Origin: a virus
Taxonomy: Duplodnaviria; Heunggongvirae; Uroviricota; Caudoviricetes
IMG/VR virus record: IMGVR_UViG_3300045988_010208
Length of the DNA stretch: 64,000 nt
Reading direction: 5' to 3' (one strand)
A program made the translations under genes and the position numbers. The first letter of the stretch is position 1, and every line of letters starts with the position of its first letter. A model generated the notes under the pieces. It did not search any database and had not been told where the DNA came from. It saw only the letters and a program-made list of their open reading frames with translations. Shown here piece by piece: positions 6,590 to 14,316 of the stretch.

Positions 6590-6671
6590 CGGGGCGTATC
6601 TCAGCTGTCTTCTAAACAGCCGTTAACCGAGTAAGTGGAGTATGCGGGTTCGAGTCCTGCCGCCTCGACCA
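6590..6671 (+). tRNA. Atypical tRNA-like gene (anticodon TCT, Arg?), D-arm apparently truncated
   Basis: Acceptor CGGGGCG/CGCCTCG, T-arm GCGGGTTCGAGTCCTGC, CCA and stem-loop GCTGT/ACAGC with loop CTTCTAA are clear, but only ~7 nt lie between acceptor and anticodon stem. Confidence 0.45.
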
Positions 6672-6685
6672 ATTTTGGAGAAATC

Positions 6686-7033
6686 ATGAAAACTTGTATT
6701 AGGTGTAAACTTAGCAAGGATGAAAATGATTTCTACATGAAAGATGGTAGGAGAACTCATTCATACTGTAAAAAGTGTGTTAATGAGCAAACCATAGAAA
6801 GACAAAGAGCACTTAAACTCTCAGCTATTGAGTACAAAGGTGGGGTTTGTCATGATTGTGGTAAAAAGTATCATCCAGCAGTGTATGACTTCCATCATTT
6901 GAATCCTTCAGATAAAGATTTTAACATTGGTCATAGGAAAAGCCTTAAGTTCTCTCAAGAACTAAAAGATGAGCTTGACAAATGTGTTTTGCTATGTTCA
7001 AATTGCCATAGGGTAAGACATGCAAAGTATTAG
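6686..7033 (+). CDS. HNH endonuclease (zinc-binding), embedded in tRNA array
   Basis: ATG at 6686 preceded by GGAG; Cys pairs and HNH signature (DFHHLNP ... CSNCHRVRH). ORF-track start at 6635 lies inside the tRNA and is rejected. Confidence 0.7.
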   Translation: MKTCIRCKLSKDENDFYMKDGRRTHSYCKKCVNEQTIERQRALKLSAIEYKGGVCHDCGKKYHPAVYDFHHLNPSDKDFNIGHRKSLKFSQELKDELDKCVLLCSNCHRVRHAKY

Positions 7034-7170
7034 TTAGCAGATTACTTAGACGACCTAAGCGGGTCTTCCTGTAGGGAGGTGGTCTGTATCTCATGTTTTC
7101 CAGAACATGTAAATAATCTGAGAAGGGGCTTTACAGTGTTGAGATAATACGGTAAGCTTCGAATTATAGT

Positions 7171-7253
7171 ATGGGACGATGTTAAGACTCTAAGGCATGA
7201 GCAACGGCCTCCAAAACCGTTTCAAAGGGGTTCAACTCCTCCGTCCCATGCCA
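7171..7253 (+). tRNA. tRNA-Trp (anticodon CCA), atypical expanded D region
   Basis: Acceptor ATGGGAC/GTCCCAT perfect, T-arm AGGGGTTCAACTCCTCC, anticodon loop CTCCAAA, CCA; D region ~7 nt longer than canonical. Confidence 0.5.
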
Positions 7254-7266
7254 AAGTCTTATTAGG

Positions 7267-7354
7267 GGTAGGTAGCGGCTAATGGTAGCCAAACTGTCTT
7301 GAAAACAGTTGCCACTGTAGAGATACGGTGAGGGTTCGACTCCTTTACTTACCG
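7267..7354 (+). tRNA. tRNA-Ser (anticodon TGA), long variable arm, CCA not encoded
   Basis: Acceptor GGTAGGT/ACTTACC, anticodon stem ACTGT/ACAGT loop CTTGAAA, long variable arm, T-loop GGGTTCGACTCC. Confidence 0.65.
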
Positions 7355-7512
7355 CCTAATAAGATTTTAAAGCCAAGCTTCATTCGGATGTTGCTTTGGT
7401 ATCCCTCGTGTATTGTCGTACACACTGATAAAACACCTAGTAGGTGTCACGGAGAAGAGATAATATCAAGCTCTCCAAAGGTTCTAGTCACCGGATTAAA
7501 CAAGACTATGCA

Positions 7513-7533
7513 AAGACCAATTTAGGTCTTTTT
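7513..7533 (+). terminator. Hairpin with U-tract (AAGACC-AATTTA-GGTCTT-TTT)
   Basis: 6-bp stem, 6-nt loop, followed by T run; inside tRNA array. Confidence 0.4.
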
Positions 7534-7612
7534 AGAGGGCTTCTAAGGTTATTACAGCTTGTTGTGGAACCTTGTTGCTTAGGTTCTTAGAAGTTCTCTA
7601 AAAAGATTTAAT

Positions 7613-7690
7613 GGGAGATTGACGGTAATTGGTAAACCTACCATCCTTAGAAGTTGGTGTTTGAGGGTTCGAATCCCTTGTCTCCTACCA
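7613..7690 (+). tRNA. tRNA with anticodon TAG (Leu?), short variable arm
   Basis: Acceptor GGGAGAT/GTCTCCT, anticodon stem CCATC/GTTGG loop CTTAGAA, D-loop TAATTGGTAAA, T-loop GGGTTCGAATCCC, A73, CCA. Confidence 0.55.
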
Positions 7691-7697
7691 AATTAAT

Positions 7698-7773
7698 GCA
7701 GGTGTAGCAAAATGGTTATGCGGCTGACTCTTAATCAGTAAGACGATGGGTTCAATTCCCTCCACCTGTACCA
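7698..7773 (+). tRNA. tRNA-Lys (anticodon CTT), paralog of the TTT tRNA at 6019
   Basis: Near-identical backbone to 6019..6094 with anticodon loop CTCTTAA; acceptor GCAGGTG/CACCTGT, T-loop GGGTTCAATTCCC, CCA. Confidence 0.6.
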
Positions 7774-7779
7774 AATATT

Positions 7780-7855
7780 GGGGTCATAGTTTATATGGTT
7801 AAAATTCGAGTTTTGCAAACTTGGGAACTGAGTTCAATTCTCAGTGACTCCACCA
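7780..7855 (+). tRNA. tRNA-Ala (anticodon TGC)
   Basis: Acceptor GGGGTCA/TGACTCC with G3-U70 wobble (Ala identity element), anticodon loop TTTGCAA, T-arm CTGAGTTCAATTCTCAG, CCA. Confidence 0.7.
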
Positions 7856-7861
7856 ATTAGT

Positions 7862-7936
7862 GCATCCATAGTTTAAACGGGAAAATTACAGTCTTCCAAA
7901 CTGAGGTTGAGGGTTCGATTCCCTCTGGATGCTCCA
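7862..7936 (+). tRNA. tRNA-Gly (anticodon TCC)
   Basis: Acceptor GCATCCA/TGGATGC, anticodon loop CTTCCAA, T-arm GAGGGTTCGATTCCCTC, CCA. Confidence 0.7.
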
Positions 7937-7942
7937 AACAAT

Positions 7943-8019
7943 GCTGCTTTCGTATAATTGGCTATTACACATCCCTTGTAAGGATGGAAATGCAGGTTCG
8001 AGTCCTGTGAGCAGCACCA
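7943..8019 (+). tRNA. tRNA-Thr (anticodon TGT)
   Basis: Acceptor GCTGCTT/GAGCAGC, anticodon stem CATCC/GGATG loop CTTGTAA, T-arm GCAGGTTCGAGTCCTGT, CCA. Confidence 0.7.
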
Positions 8020-8022
8020 ATT

Positions 8023-8109
8023 CAGAGGTCAAGTGAAAGACCGCTGGTGTCAACTGAAGACCGTAACAAATTCCACGGAGTTGAGTTAGCGGCACAACTT
8101 CAGACCTCT
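8023..8109. repeat. Inverted-repeat-bounded spacer F (AGAGGTC ... GACCTCT) containing GAAGACCGT
   Basis: 7-bp inverted repeat encloses ~73 nt directly after tRNA-Thr; interior shares GAAGACCGT with elements B and D. Confidence 0.4.
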
Positions 8110-8114
8110 TTCAT

Positions 8115-8189
8115 ACTCGCTTAGTTTATATGGTAAAACATCACCCTTACAAGATGAAGAAAAAGGTTCAAGTCCTTTAGTGAGTACCA
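8115..8189 (+). tRNA. tRNA-Val (anticodon TAC)
   Basis: Acceptor ACTCGCT/AGTGAGT, anticodon loop CTTACAA, T-arm AAAGGTTCAAGTCCTTT, CCA. Confidence 0.6.
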
Positions 8190-8190
8190 T

Positions 8191-8268
8191 GTTCCAGTGT
8201 CCCAATTGGCAGAGGATGCAAGCTCAAACCTTGTACTAGTGACGGTTCGAATCCGTCTTGGAACACCA
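8191..8268 (+). tRNA. tRNA with anticodon CAA (Leu?), Leu-like D-arm, short variable arm
   Basis: Acceptor GTTCCAG/TTGGAAC, D-arm TCC-CAATTGGCAGA-GGA, anticodon stem GCAAG/CTTGT loop CTCAAAC, T-arm GACGGTTCGAATCCGTC, A73, CCA. Confidence 0.55.
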
Positions 8269-8273
8269 ATTTT

Positions 8274-8349
8274 GCAGGATTAGTTCAAATGGATAGAGCA
8301 ACAGTCTACGAAGCTGTTAATAGGGGTTCGAATCCCTTATCCTGCACCA
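8274..8349 (+). tRNA. tRNA-Arg (anticodon ACG)
   Basis: Acceptor GCAGGAT/ATCCTGC, anticodon stem ACAGT/GCTGT loop CTACGAA, T-loop GGGGTTCGAATCCC, CCA. Confidence 0.65.
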
Positions 8350-8368
8350 ATTTAAAGAGGCTATTTAG

Positions 8369-8926
8369 ATGAGATATTTGAAGTATGCTTCATGGATTTT
8401 CCTAGCTTTGTTAGACCCATTGGCAGCAACCTTAGCAGTTATCTTAGCACCTTTTGTAGTTCCATTCTATAGTGAGAAGAAAGGGCATCTACCTTTCGGA
8501 TTCAGATGGATGGAGACATATGACAACCCAATTGATGGTGATGAAGGTCACGTTAAACGATGGGCTAAGATTAGAAAGATTGGTAAGCTAGGTGTCTATT
8601 TGCAGAGAGTTGGATGGCTCTGGAGAAACAAAGCTTATAACTTCTCTTACCATGTGTTAGGAAGAGATATAAAAGATGTTACTAAGTGGAAAGGTAATAT
8701 CAACGTAAGCTCTGACCCTGAAGATAATCAGACAGGTTATCTCCTAATGTGGAACAGTAATGCTTGGGGATTATTCGCTTTTATCCCATCAATTAAAGTC
8801 TTTGGTAAACAATTCTACTGGAGAATTTATGTTGGGTGGAAACTAAAAAGTGTTGTCCCAGAAGAAAGAGCATTCTCAAGGGAAAGAGTTATGTTGGCAT
8901 TCTTTATTCATCCACTGAGAAAGTAA
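8369..8926 (+). CDS. Hypothetical membrane protein encoded within tRNA array
   Basis: 185-aa ORF with AGAGG upstream; hydrophobic N-terminus (WIFLALLDPLAATLAVILAPFVVPF). Confidence 0.5.
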   Translation: MRYLKYASWIFLALLDPLAATLAVILAPFVVPFYSEKKGHLPFGFRWMETYDNPIDGDEGHVKRWAKIRKIGKLGVYLQRVGWLWRNKAYNFSYHVLGRDIKDVTKWKGNINVSSDPEDNQTGYLLMWNSNAWGLFAFIPSIKVFGKQFYWRIYVGWKLKSVVPEERAFSRERVMLAFFIHPLRK

Positions 8927-8934
8927 AGATTTAA

Positions 8935-9010
8935 AGGGGATTAGTTTACAAGGTTAAAACCTCGGTCTTTGAAATCGAAGAAGTTGGTTCAATTCCAACA
9001 TCCCCCGCCA
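8935..9010 (+). tRNA. tRNA-Gln (anticodon TTG)
   Basis: Anticodon stem TCGGT/ATCGA loop CTTTGAA, T-arm GTTGGTTCAATTCCAAC, acceptor pairs with ATCCCCC, CCA. Confidence 0.6.
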
Positions 9011-9012
9011 AT

Positions 9013-9091
9013 GCTCCATTACTCCAATTGGCAGAGAGGCCAGACTTAAAATCTGTGTTATGTATCGGTTCGAATCCGATATGGAGTACCA
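9013..9091 (+). tRNA. tRNA with anticodon TAA (Leu?), Leu-like D-arm, short variable arm
   Basis: Acceptor GCTCCAT/ATGGAGT, D-arm CTC-CAATTGGCAGA-GAG, anticodon loop CTTAAAA, T-arm ATCGGTTCGAATCCGAT, A73, CCA. Confidence 0.55.
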
Positions 9092-9096
9092 AATTT

Positions 9097-9172
9097 AGCG
9101 GTATAGCATAACTGGCAATGCAGCAGTCTCTGAAGCTGTCCTATTAAGGTTCAAATCCTTATGCCGCTGCCA
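9097..9172 (+). tRNA. tRNA-Gln (anticodon CTG)
   Basis: Acceptor AGCGGTA/TGCCGCT, anticodon stem GCAGT/GCTGT loop CTCTGAA, T-arm TAAGGTTCAAATCCTTA, CCA. Confidence 0.6.
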
Positions 9173-9203
9173 CTTCTAAGGATTCTTACGAGAGTCCTTA
9201 AAT

Positions 9204-9279
9204 GTGGCCTTATCATAAATGGTAATGACCCATGCTGTGAACATGGTCTATACGGGTTCAACTCCCGTAGGTCACCCCA
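9204..9279 (+). tRNA. tRNA-His (anticodon GTG)
   Basis: Acceptor GTGGCCT/AGGTCAC, anticodon stem CCATG/CATGG loop CTGTGAA, T-arm ACGGGTTCAACTCCCGT, CCA. Confidence 0.7.
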
Positions 9280-9285
9280 ATTTAT

Positions 9286-9361
9286 AGTCCAAGTAGCTTA
9301 TATGGTTAAAGCGCGTGTCTGAAAAACATGAGAAGAGGGTTCAAATCCCACTGGACTACCA
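9286..9361 (+). tRNA. tRNA-Phe (anticodon GAA)
   Basis: Acceptor AGTCCAA/CTGGACT, anticodon stem CGTGT/ACATG loop CTGAAAA, T-loop GGGTTCAAATCCC, CCA. Confidence 0.65.
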
Positions 9362-9377
9362 ATTTCAAAGGTGCTTA

Positions 9378-10112
9378 ATGAAAGAGATGACAGAACAAGG
9401 TAAGGAGATTTTTAATCTCTTAAAAACCGGTAGAGGGTTTTCTAATCCCCTTATTACTGGTGCAGCAGTTCTAGGTGGAACCGTAGCTGCCTCTACATCA
9501 CTTGTAAGCTCTATTAGCTCTGTAACAGACCCTACAATGAAGGAGAAGCTTGTTGCTGCTGGACTCACAACAGTCCTTCTAAACAGCTTTACAACAAGCC
9601 TGACAAGCACTACAGCAACTACTAAGACCCTAACAGACTATGGTCAAAAATCTATTGATGAGTTTTCATCACGTATGCAGGTAGCAAAGGGGTATTCCAA
9701 TGTTATGGGTGCAGCAGGAGAACAAGTTGGTTGTACACCATTTAGTGGTATTATGGGTGTTGCTACAGAGTATGGCCAGCAAGCTATTGACACGATTAAC
9801 AGCACACTAGACAGTGTTAACGGTGTGTTAAGTGACTTACAAGACGCTATTGATAAGGGTCTTGGTACTGTTTCTGATTTAGCTAATCAGGCTGTTAGTA
9901 AGATTAATGAAGGTATCTCAAAGATTACAGCTTATGCAGATGAAGTTGTGCAGATGATTGAAGAAGAAGCTGCCCTTATTGCAGAGTACCTTAAAACGAA
10001 TATCAATGGGTTCTTAGCAGGTATCTTACCAGACTGGTTTGATGATGCTTGCAAAACTGGTGTAATCGACACTATTGCAACACCAGAAATGAAGAACGCA
10101 TTACAGAAATAA
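9378..10112 (+). CDS. Hypothetical Ser/Thr-rich protein encoded within tRNA array
   Basis: ORF-track frame 9315..10112; start placed at first ATG after the upstream tRNA (MKEMTEQ...); Ser/Thr/Ala-rich, coiled-coil-like C-terminus. Confidence 0.5.
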   Translation: MKEMTEQGKEIFNLLKTGRGFSNPLITGAAVLGGTVAASTSLVSSISSVTDPTMKEKLVAAGLTTVLLNSFTTSLTSTTATTKTLTDYGQKSIDEFSSRMQVAKGYSNVMGAAGEQVGCTPFSGIMGVATEYGQQAIDTINSTLDSVNGVLSDLQDAIDKGLGTVSDLANQAVSKINEGISKITAYADEVVQMIEEEAALIAEYLKTNINGFLAGILPDWFDDACKTGVIDTIATPEMKNALQK

Positions 10113-10113
10113 T

Positions 10114-10206
10114 GGAAGATTAACCCTAAAAGGTAAGGGAGCAGTTTGCTAAACTGCCAGTAGCTGAGAAATCGGTGTACCAGTTCAAGTCTGGTATCTT
10201 CCTCCA
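10114..10206 (+). tRNA. tRNA-Ser (anticodon GCT), long variable arm
   Basis: 93 nt; acceptor GGAAGAT/ATCTTCC, anticodon stem GCAGT/ACTGC loop TTGCTAA, long variable arm, T-arm ACCAGTTCAAGTCTGGT, CCA. Confidence 0.7.
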
Positions 10207-10210
10207 ATTT

Positions 10211-10286
10211 GAATCCGTGACAGAAATGGCTATGTGCCTGTCTGCAAAACAGGTTTATAAGGGTTCGAGTCCCTTCGGATTCTCCA
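10211..10286 (+). tRNA. tRNA-Cys (anticodon GCA)
   Basis: Acceptor GAATCCG/CGGATTC, anticodon stem CCTGT/ACAGG loop CTGCAAA, T-arm AAGGGTTCGAGTCCCTT, CCA. Confidence 0.7.
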
Positions 10287-10323
10287 ATTTATTTTACTCT
10301 CTCTCAATTAAAATAATAATAAT

Positions 10324-10383
10324 GCCCTGCTATAAGTATTCTTCCTTTCGCTACCGAAGAGTATTTTTAGACAGGGCTTTTTT
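10324..10383 (+). terminator. Hairpin terminator closing the tRNA array (GCCCTG...CAGGGC + T6)
   Basis: 6-bp outer stem with structured interior followed by TTTTTT. Confidence 0.5.
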
Positions 10384-10448
10384 ACAGAGTTATACTTTAT
10401 AGGAAGACTTATACAGTATGTCTCTGACGTACATTGTGGTTTCTCCTT

Positions 10449-10473
10449 GACGGTCTCTGTGCCGTCTTTTTTT
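10449..10473 (+). terminator. Rho-independent terminator (GACGG-loop-CCGTC + T7)
   Basis: 5-bp GC-rich stem, 8-nt loop, seven Ts. Confidence 0.6.
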
Positions 10474-10509
10474 AAGGGGAAACAAGATTAATTATTTGGA
10501 GAAAACATA

Positions 10510-10710
10510 ATGAGCGAGAACGTTTATAAAGAACTTTATGAAGCTAACAAGAAGTTAGAGTTTATGCAGAATACTATCATGGCAATTGCAGATAGATTAT
10601 CTGTAGCAACAGGTATTGATATTAAAGAAGCATCTATGGATGCACTTCTTGATGCTGTTGATGCAAAGTTCGAAGTTAAGAAAGAAGAGACTGCTACAGA
10701 CTCTGAATAA
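10510..10710 (+). CDS. Hypothetical protein (first gene of morphogenesis operon; small terminase candidate not supported)
   Basis: 66-aa ORF with GGAG-like RBS directly upstream of the large terminase gene. Confidence 0.45.
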   Translation: MSENVYKELYEANKKLEFMQNTIMAIADRLSVATGIDIKEASMDALLDAVDAKFEVKKEETATDSE

Positions 10711-10731
10711 TTCTATTTGCGGAGGCGCTTA

Positions 10732-12333
10732 ATGGACTTAAATGCTGTTAAGCAGAAGCGAGTGGAAGATGTTAGGAAAGTCCTAGCTGGAGAGTTGGGG
10801 CTTTCTGATGAAGTAAAAGAAATTATTAAATCATTCGGCAAAGACCCCTCTAAATTCCTTCCAACTCAAATTCTGACTTTATTAAGATACACACCAGACC
10901 AAGTTCGCCTCATCTTTAAATTGATGACTGATAAGAACTATGTAGCTCCTCAGCCGGGTTCTCAAGAGGTCTTTTTAAACACTAATGCTGACTTGGTTCT
11001 CTATGGTGGTGCTGCTGGTGCTGGTAAGACTGCTGCATTGTTAATGGACTCTTTAAGATTCATTGAAGACCCTAACTATAATGCTGTGTATTTCCGTCGA
11101 AACACAACACAGCTACAAGGTGGTTTATGGCCTGCTGCAAAGAAACTATTTGGTAAGTTTGGTGGGATTCCTCACGAGCAGAAAATGACTATCACATTCC
11201 CTTCTGGGGCGACTATCAAGTTTACCTATCTAGAACTTGAAAAGCACGCTGAAGGTCATCAGGGTATTGAATACTCAGCTATTTACTTTGACGAAGGTAC
11301 ACACTTCTCTGCTTCACAGATTTCATACCTACAAACCCGTCTACGTTCTGGTGCTGAAGGTGATTCATACATGAAGATTTCCATGAACCCAGACAGAGAC
11401 CACTTTATTTATGATTGGGTAGAACCATTCTTAGATGAAGAAGGTTATCCAGACCCTGAAAAGTGTGGCCGCATTCGTTGGTATGTAATGAATGATGGTG
11501 TGATGGTTTCTGATTGGGAGAGAGACAAGATTCTTGAAATGTTCCCTCTTGAGATTCCTCAAACATACACCTTCATCTCTGGTACGATTGATGATAACCC
11601 AATTCTTGACTTCTTAGAACCTAAGTACCGTGGTAAGTTGGAAAACAACACCCCTGTAAACGTTGCAAGACTTCGTTTCGGTAACTGGAAGGCTCGTGCA
11701 GAAGGTTCAAACTATTGGCAAAGACAATGGTGTGAAATTGTTGATTCACTCCCAGAGGATGTATTTGATGTTAGAGCATGGGACTTAGCAGCAACTTTAC
11801 CATCTGAAATTAACCCTAATCCAGACTGGACAGCAGGTGTTAAGATGGGTAAATCTAAAAAAGACGGTTGCTATTATATCATTGATGTAGTAAGATTTAG
11901 AGATAGACCCTCTGGAGTCGAAACACAAATTAATTTGACTGCTGAAAGTGACGGTAAGCGAACTGGTATTTTTATCCCTCAAGACCCAGGCGCTGCTGGT
12001 AAATCCTACGCAACATCCCTCATCAGGAAACTTGCCGAGAAAGGCTATCGTGCAAGAGCTAAACCAACAAATAAAGATAAAGTTACCCGCTTTGCGGGAT
12101 TTTCTGCTGCTTCTGAAGCTGGACTTGTAAAAGTTTTGAGAGGTAGTTGGAACGAAGCTTATTTCCAAGAGCTTGAAGGCTTTTGTGGTGATGGCAAAAC
12201 TAAAGATGACCAAGTGGATGCTACCAGTGATGCTTTCAACAGTCTTAACGAAGTTAAATTATTCAAGCCACCATCAATGGGTGCTCACACAGACTTAGTG
12301 AGAGGAAATCCATATGAGGGGCTTAGACGTTGA
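10732..12333 (+). CDS. terL: Terminase large subunit
   Basis: Walker A-like GGAAGAGKT, Walker B-like IYFDEG, C-terminal nuclease-like region; ATG at 10732 follows GGAGG by 6 nt (track start 10717 is a TTG). Confidence 0.85.
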   Translation: MDLNAVKQKRVEDVRKVLAGELGLSDEVKEIIKSFGKDPSKFLPTQILTLLRYTPDQVRLIFKLMTDKNYVAPQPGSQEVFLNTNADLVLYGGAAGAGKTAALLMDSLRFIEDPNYNAVYFRRNTTQLQGGLWPAAKKLFGKFGGIPHEQKMTITFPSGATIKFTYLELEKHAEGHQGIEYSAIYFDEGTHFSASQISYLQTRLRSGAEGDSYMKISMNPDRDHFIYDWVEPFLDEEGYPDPEKCGRIRWYVMNDGVMVSDWERDKILEMFPLEIPQTYTFISGTIDDNPILDFLEPKYRGKLENNTPVNVARLRFGNWKARAEGSNYWQRQWCEIVDSLPEDVFDVRAWDLAATLPSEINPNPDWTAGVKMGKSKKDGCYYIIDVVRFRDRPSGVETQINLTAESDGKRTGIFIPQDPGAAGKSYATSLIRKLAEKGYRARAKPTNKDKVTRFAGFSAASEAGLVKVLRGSWNEAYFQELEGFCGDGKTKDDQVDATSDAFNSLNEVKLFKPPSMGAHTDLVRGNPYEGLRR

Positions 12334-12349
12334 TAGCTAGGTGAGAAGA

Positions 12350-13816
12350 ATGGCAGATATTACAGAAACACAAGAAAGCTTACCACCATTTAGAATGGGT
12401 GAAGTAGGTTCTTTGGGTCTGAAGGTTAAGAATGGAAGAATCTATGAAGAACCTCGTCAGGCACTAAGGTTCCCTGAAAGTATTAAAACTTTCCAATTAA
12501 TGATGCGTGACCCTGCTGTAGCAGCATCTGTAAATATTATTAAGATGTTTGTCAGAAAAGTCAACTGGAGATTCGTACCTCCAAATGGAAAAGAGCAAGA
12601 CCCTAAAATGCTTGAAAGAGCAGACTTCTTTAATTCTTTAATGGATGACATGGAGCATGATTGGGCAGATTTTATTAACTCTGTAATGTCATTCTGCACT
12701 TATGGATTCTGTGTTAACGAAAAAGTTTATAAGAAGCGTCAGGGTAAGAAAGGAAAGTACCAATCGAAATTCGATGATGGTTTAATTGGATGGGCTAAAT
12801 TACCAATCAGAAACCAATCAACACTTGATAAGTGGTACTTTGACGAAGACTTTAGAAAAGTTACTGGTGTTAGACAGAATCTGAGAAATGTTTCACATAT
12901 TGCTGGAGCAATTAATCTTGGAGAAAGACCACTAACAAGAAAACTTCCACGAGCTAAATTCATGCTGTTTAAGTATGATGATGAATATGGAAACCCAGAA
13001 GGTCGTTCACCATTACTTAATGCTTATGTGCCGTGGAAGTATAAAGTACAGATTGAAGAGTATGAAGCTGTTGGTGTTTCAAGAGACTTGGTTGGTATGC
13101 CAAAGATTGGTTTACCACCGGACTATCTGGATGAAAATGCAGAACCTGAAAAGAAAGCTTTCGTACAATACTGCAAAACTGTTGTTAATGATATGATTGC
13201 AAATGACAGAGCAGGTTTAATCTGGCCTAGATATATCGACCCAGATACTAAAGAGGATATTTTTGAGTTCTCATTAGTTTCTAGACAGGGTGCTAAAGCA
13301 TACGATACAGGTTCTATTATTGACAGATATTCCAAGCAGATTATGATGGCATTTATGTCAGATGTTCTTGCTATGGGTCAGTCAAAATACGGTTCATTCT
13401 CTCTTGCAGATTCTAAGACAAGCTTACTAGCGATGTCGGTAGATATTCTACTGAAGCAAATTAAGAACGTAATTAACCGTGATTTAGTTGCACAGACTTA
13501 TGCTCTTAATATGTGGGACGATGAAGAACATGTACAAATCACATATGATGATATCGAAACTCCAGACCTTGAAGCAATTGGTTCTTATATCCAGAAGACT
13601 GTTGCAGTAGGTGCTTTGGAAGTTGACAAAGAGCTATCTAACAAGCTTAGAGAGCATATTGGTCTTCCTCCTGCTGATGAGTCTCAGCCAGTATCTGAAA
13701 AGCTTTCTCCAAATAGCCAAAGCCGTTCAGGAGATGGTTATAAGACCGCTGGAGAAGGTACTGCAAAGACACCTTCAGCGAAAGACCCAAGCACAGCAAA
13801 TAAGGCAAATAAATAA
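12350..13816 (+). CDS. Portal protein (putative)
   Basis: ~490-aa ORF immediately after terL, acidic/basic C-terminal tail; assignment by position and size; ATG at 12350 (track frame from GTG 12341). Confidence 0.6.
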   Translation: MADITETQESLPPFRMGEVGSLGLKVKNGRIYEEPRQALRFPESIKTFQLMMRDPAVAASVNIIKMFVRKVNWRFVPPNGKEQDPKMLERADFFNSLMDDMEHDWADFINSVMSFCTYGFCVNEKVYKKRQGKKGKYQSKFDDGLIGWAKLPIRNQSTLDKWYFDEDFRKVTGVRQNLRNVSHIAGAINLGERPLTRKLPRAKFMLFKYDDEYGNPEGRSPLLNAYVPWKYKVQIEEYEAVGVSRDLVGMPKIGLPPDYLDENAEPEKKAFVQYCKTVVNDMIANDRAGLIWPRYIDPDTKEDIFEFSLVSRQGAKAYDTGSIIDRYSKQIMMAFMSDVLAMGQSKYGSFSLADSKTSLLAMSVDILLKQIKNVINRDLVAQTYALNMWDDEEHVQITYDDIETPDLEAIGSYIQKTVAVGALEVDKELSNKLREHIGLPPADESQPVSEKLSPNSQSRSGDGYKTAGEGTAKTPSAKDPSTANKANK

Positions 13817-14316
13817 TGGCTGAAGTTATCTCTATTTCAAATGCTACACGAGTGCATTCGTATAGAGGTGTTCTTATCATTACTGACAAATTATCTGTAG
13901 AGGCTGGCTCAAGGGTCAGCCTTTCAGGTTATGTAAGTGATGGTGGAACCTCTGACGTTTTCACTATTTGTAGGTTACTTGATGCACCAATGAGTGGAAA
14001 ACCGTTTATTTCAGGAAATTGTAGTGAAATTGTTAAAATTCCATTTGACAGTTCATGCCTTTTGGGTGTAAAGTTATATAACTGCGAGAATAAACGTATC
14101 AATGTTAATAGCATTGAAGCCGCTTTCATTACCCTCGACACTGCATTTCAATCTCCAATGACAGTTAATAAAGAAACAAACAGGCTTGAGTACATTTTTT
14201 CACAAAATGATTACAAAGTACTTGTCAAAGGTAAAGTATATGATATGATTGTAAATGTGGTAGATGAATCTGGTAACCATTCAACAGTCCTTAAACAAAA
14301 AGTAAGGTTTAATTAA
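13816..14316 (+). CDS. Hypothetical head-module protein
   Basis: 166-aa ORF between portal and protease genes; ATG overlaps upstream stop. Confidence 0.45.
   Translation: MAEVISISNATRVHSYRGVLIITDKLSVEAGSRVSLSGYVSDGGTSDVFTICRLLDAPMSGKPFISGNCSEIVKIPFDSSCLLGVKLYNCENKRINVNSIEAAFITLDTAFQSPMTVNKETNRLEYIFSQNDYKVLVKGKVYDMIVNVVDESGNHSTVLKQKVRFN

Noticed and set aside
6635-6685. N-terminal extension of the HNH ORF as given in the track (start 6635)
   Set aside because: These codons are the T-arm and acceptor of the tRNA-like gene; a downstream ATG at 6686 with a GGAG RBS is a better start.
7328-8095. ORF-track ORFs 7328..7525 (+) and 7886..8095 (-) in the tRNA array
   Set aside because: Both overlap well-formed tRNA genes (Ser, Gly, Thr); treated as spurious.
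10175-10402. 75-aa plus-strand ORF at the end of the tRNA array
   Set aside because: Overlaps tRNA-Ser and tRNA-Cys and runs through the terminator hairpin.
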